Of a stretch of 64,000 nt of DNA, positions 60,953 through 64,000 are shown one piece after another. A program made the translations under genes and the position numbers. The notes under the pieces are model-generated. The model searched no databases. It saw nothing but the letters and a program-made list of their open reading frames with translations, and was not told the origin of the DNA. Within the stretch, counting starts at the first letter, position 1. The number at the start of each line of letters is the position of its first letter. Location of the stretch: NCBI GenBank assembly GCA_013265495.1, contig MU057632.1:46054-110053 (forward strand). The letters are read 5' to 3'. Origin of the DNA: Vicugna vicugna. Taxonomy: Eukaryota.

Positions 60953-61225
60953 TTTTTTTTAAATTGAAATATAGTCAGTTTACACTGTTGTGTCAATTTC
61001 TGGTGCACAGTATAATGTTTCAGTCATACATAAACATATATATATATTCCTTTTCATATTCTTTCTCATTATAGGTGACTACAAGTTATTGACTATAGTT
61101 CCCTGTGCTCTACAGTATAAACTTGTTTATCTATTTTATATATAATAGTTAGTATCTGCAAATCTTCATCCCTTCCCATTCCCATCCCTCTGGTAACCAT
61201 AAGTTTGTTTCCTATGTCTGTGTCT
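60953..61225 (-). mobile_element. L1 3' terminal fragment
   Basis: aaattgaaatatagtcagtttaca...tagttccctgtgct...ggtaaccataagtttgttt. Confidence 0.85.
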
Positions 61226-61785
61226 GTATAAGTTTTCTCATGTGCAGCAACTGCACAGGTTGGTGAGGACAGGCCTGGTTTTCAGATGCCGAGGCCAAGG
61301 CTCGGGGCCAGTAAGCACCTCCCTGGAGGCCTCAGTGGTGGGACGTGAAGCTAGGAAGTTGCAGAGCACGTGATCTGAATCCAGCTGGCTGAGGTCCCAA
61401 GGCCCCTGCCCTTGGCACCGCATCACCCACTGTCAGAGCACATGTGGGCTGCGGTGGTGGCAGCAGCAGGTCAGTGGGGCTCTGGGGTGGGTGGAGGGGG
61501 GAGCTCAGTCCATGCACAGCCTATAGGTGCAGCCTGGCTGGGCTGGGCATCTCTCCGGGGAAGAGGGCCACCAGTCAGACCAGCGTGCCCCGTGAACTCT
61601 GTGTCTGACAGCTGGTTCTGCCTCAGCGATGGCCTTGAGGGCAGTCGGCCCACTTTACTTGGCTGACCACCTGCACAACACAGTCCTTTTAGCACACACA
61701 CCTCCCACCTAAGATGTGAAGGCATCCTTCCAGGAGCCATTCCTGAGATCTCCCTCCAGTTGGATCCCAACCTGCTCTGATTTGG

Positions 61786-62212
61786 TGTAGTGAGCTGACT
61801 CATCTTGCCCCCAAATTCATGTCCACTCAGAACCTCAGCATATGACCTTATTTGGAATTAGGGTCTTTTGCAGGTGCAATTAAAGTAAGGCTCAAGGTGA
61901 GATCATCCTGGATGAGGGTGGGCCCTAAATCCAATGGAAGTAAGACAGAAGAGAAGACACAGGAACACAGGGAAGATGGCAGGAGAGGCAGGAGTGGTGT
62001 GTCCAAAGATGAGGGCACCAGAGGTTGCTGAGCCCCCCAGAAGCTGAGAGAAACACGGAATGGGTTCTCCCTCAGTGGCTCCAGAAGTGACCAACCCTAG
62101 CGATACCTTGATTTCAAACTATTGGCCTCTTGAACTGGGGGAGACTAAATGTCTGTTGTGTTAAGCCACCCAGTTTGTGGTGATTCGTTCTCCCCTCCAG
62201 GAGACTAACACA
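61786..62212 (+). mobile_element. MaLR LTR (MLT1B/C-like)
   Basis: ccccaaattcatgtcc..gaacctcag..tgaccttatttgga..ggtgggccctaaatccaatg..ttaagccacccagtttgtgg..actaacaca. Confidence 0.85.
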
Positions 62213-63974
62213 ACACTTTTCTTCCTGGTTCTTCACTCAGGGACCATGCTGCTGCTGATAATAGTAAATGAGTACTTTTTAGGGAAATTGGATTACCTGC
62301 CAAGAACTTTAATTACTTGCTATAAACCCCATGAGATTATATTACCCGCTATTCTACAGATTATGAGTTAGGCCGAGAACCCTGAGAAACTCGCCCAAGG
62401 ACACCTGGAGACAAAGTGACGATCAGAATTCAAACCCAGGCAGTTGGGCTCTGGAGCTGCACTATTAAACCCCGAGTCTCACTTCTGACTCCTGCCAGAT
62501 TTGTCTTCCTTGGTTGTCTTGTTGACACCTGGGTTCTCTCTCCTGAGTTGCATTTTCCTCACCGTGGCTGAGTGCCTGGCCATGGTGGCCTCAAGTGACG
62601 TGACCACCAGCATAGGGAGAGACTCAGACTTGGAGCAGTGTGGTCCCCATGGCCCTGGGCTGAACAAGTCAGACTCTCCCAGGAGACCTGGAGACACACC
62701 CTCCCCCGGAGGGAGGCAGGGGAGGGGGCTCACGTAGAGGCTGGGAGGCTGGCAGCACTGAGGCTGCCAGGCGCCACATGAGTGGTCCAGAAAGAGGAAA
62801 GACCAAGCAATGCACTTCATCGGATTCCCAGTGCAGAAGTCACAGGAGGTTGTGAGCTGCGTTTCAAAATAGAGAGGGATGCGATTGTTTTCAGACTGCT
62901 CTGCAGTCTGAACTCTAGTGAGAAGCTCTTCCAGCAAGGTCCCATCTTATACCTTGGAAACCTGGGGACACTGGAGAGGTTTCAGGAAGGCAGATCCTGC
63001 AATGCCTGAATCAGTGAATTACCTACTTGAAAATACAGTGTAACCAACCAACACATGATAATGCAAGCTCAGATAATTAAACAGAGTAACATACAGGGTC
63101 CTTTTATTATTAGGGGGTTAATGGAAAACTTTTTCATTAGGTACATGGTACAGTCACAATAAACACAAAAGTAAAGATAGTGAAACTGATGTTGGCACGG
63201 ACCGTAAATTAAAGTGAACGCTCCAAATGATGCCAAGACAGTTTTCTCCCAGCCCAGTGCTGCACCCCTCAGCTCTGACCTGCACCCCAGTGAGACCCTC
63301 AGTCTCTCCACCTTGTTCAGGGACAGGGCTGGCCAGAGGGTGGGAGTCCTTATATCCAAATGCATCTTATTACAGAATCTTACCATGCCACTTATCACTT
63401 GATTATTCAAGACATACATTGAGCTCTCTGTCTTTGAAAAAGTTTCTTTTTTTTTTTTTGGCAAGTCTGGTCAGAGCAAACTAATAGGAACTGTATCTTG
63501 GCCGGCCTGTCTGCTGATGCCAGGGCTGAGTTAGAGAATTCTTCTCCATATTTGAAAGCCACAAAGATGGGGACAATGCCATCTTTCTCTTTTATAAGTA
63601 TCTTGAGATGTCAATATTCTTTTCAATGAGGTTAAGACCACATTAAATATCTTTCTCCTGATTCCTAGAGGCTCAAAACCCTCTGTGAACTCTGACGCAC
63701 CTGGGTGGGGCGAAATTTTCAGCCAAGGCTGGCTCCGTGCTCTTCAACCACACTCCTGGCTCTCCACCCAGGTGTTTTGGGAAATGTGGCCATGTGATCC
63801 TCGCTCTGCACAAAACCTGGCCTTCACGGGCAGCGTGCGGATGGGGTGAGATGCTCCCCAAAGCACTGATCCCTGTGTGCGGTCCTCTCAGACTTGGTGG
63901 GCCTGTTGCAGGCCGCCCTAGTGCACGCATGGTCTGTGCTTTCAGGAAAAGAAGTTTAAAATGCAGCCCATTGA

Positions 63975-64000
63975 GGGGAGGGTATTGCTCAGTGGTACAG
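63975..64000 (+). mobile_element. Start of a Vic-1-like SINE cut by the window end
   Basis: ggggagggtattgctcagtggtacag. Confidence 0.7.

Overview
This is mammalian (not prokaryotic) genomic DNA. About 25 copies of a tRNA-Ala-derived SINE of the Vic-1 type point to a camelid; that assignment is an inference. Main contents: (1) the last four coding exons and ~3.4 kb 3' UTR of KCNQ5 on the minus strand (~36.5-59.1 kb); (2) a compact, apparently intact three-exon KHDC1/KHDC1L-family gene on the plus strand (31366-32239), convergent with KCNQ5 as in the human locus; (3) a near full-length, disabled processed retrocopy of CTC1 on the minus strand (7836-11640) with poly(A) signal, poly(A) remnant and 16-bp target-site duplication; (4) a dense cluster of class I ERV solo LTRs, a decayed ERV pol/env remnant, MaLR LTRs, L1 fragments and DNA transposons. 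The most notable observations are these. The CTC1 retrocopy seems to preserve an unusual mRNA, with one internal exon skipped out of frame and intron-like sequence in place of coding exon 1. There may be a second, degenerate KHDC-like gene at ~24 kb. A GC-rich, SINE-free 1-7.7 kb block carries candidate minus-strand exons of an unidentified gene. A poly(A)-only insertion lies next to a KCNQ5 exon, and an inverted templated insertion sits inside an L1. I found no evidence of a wholly new multi-gene system. All protein comparisons are from memory of the human sequences, no searches were run, and repeat family names and boundaries are approximate.
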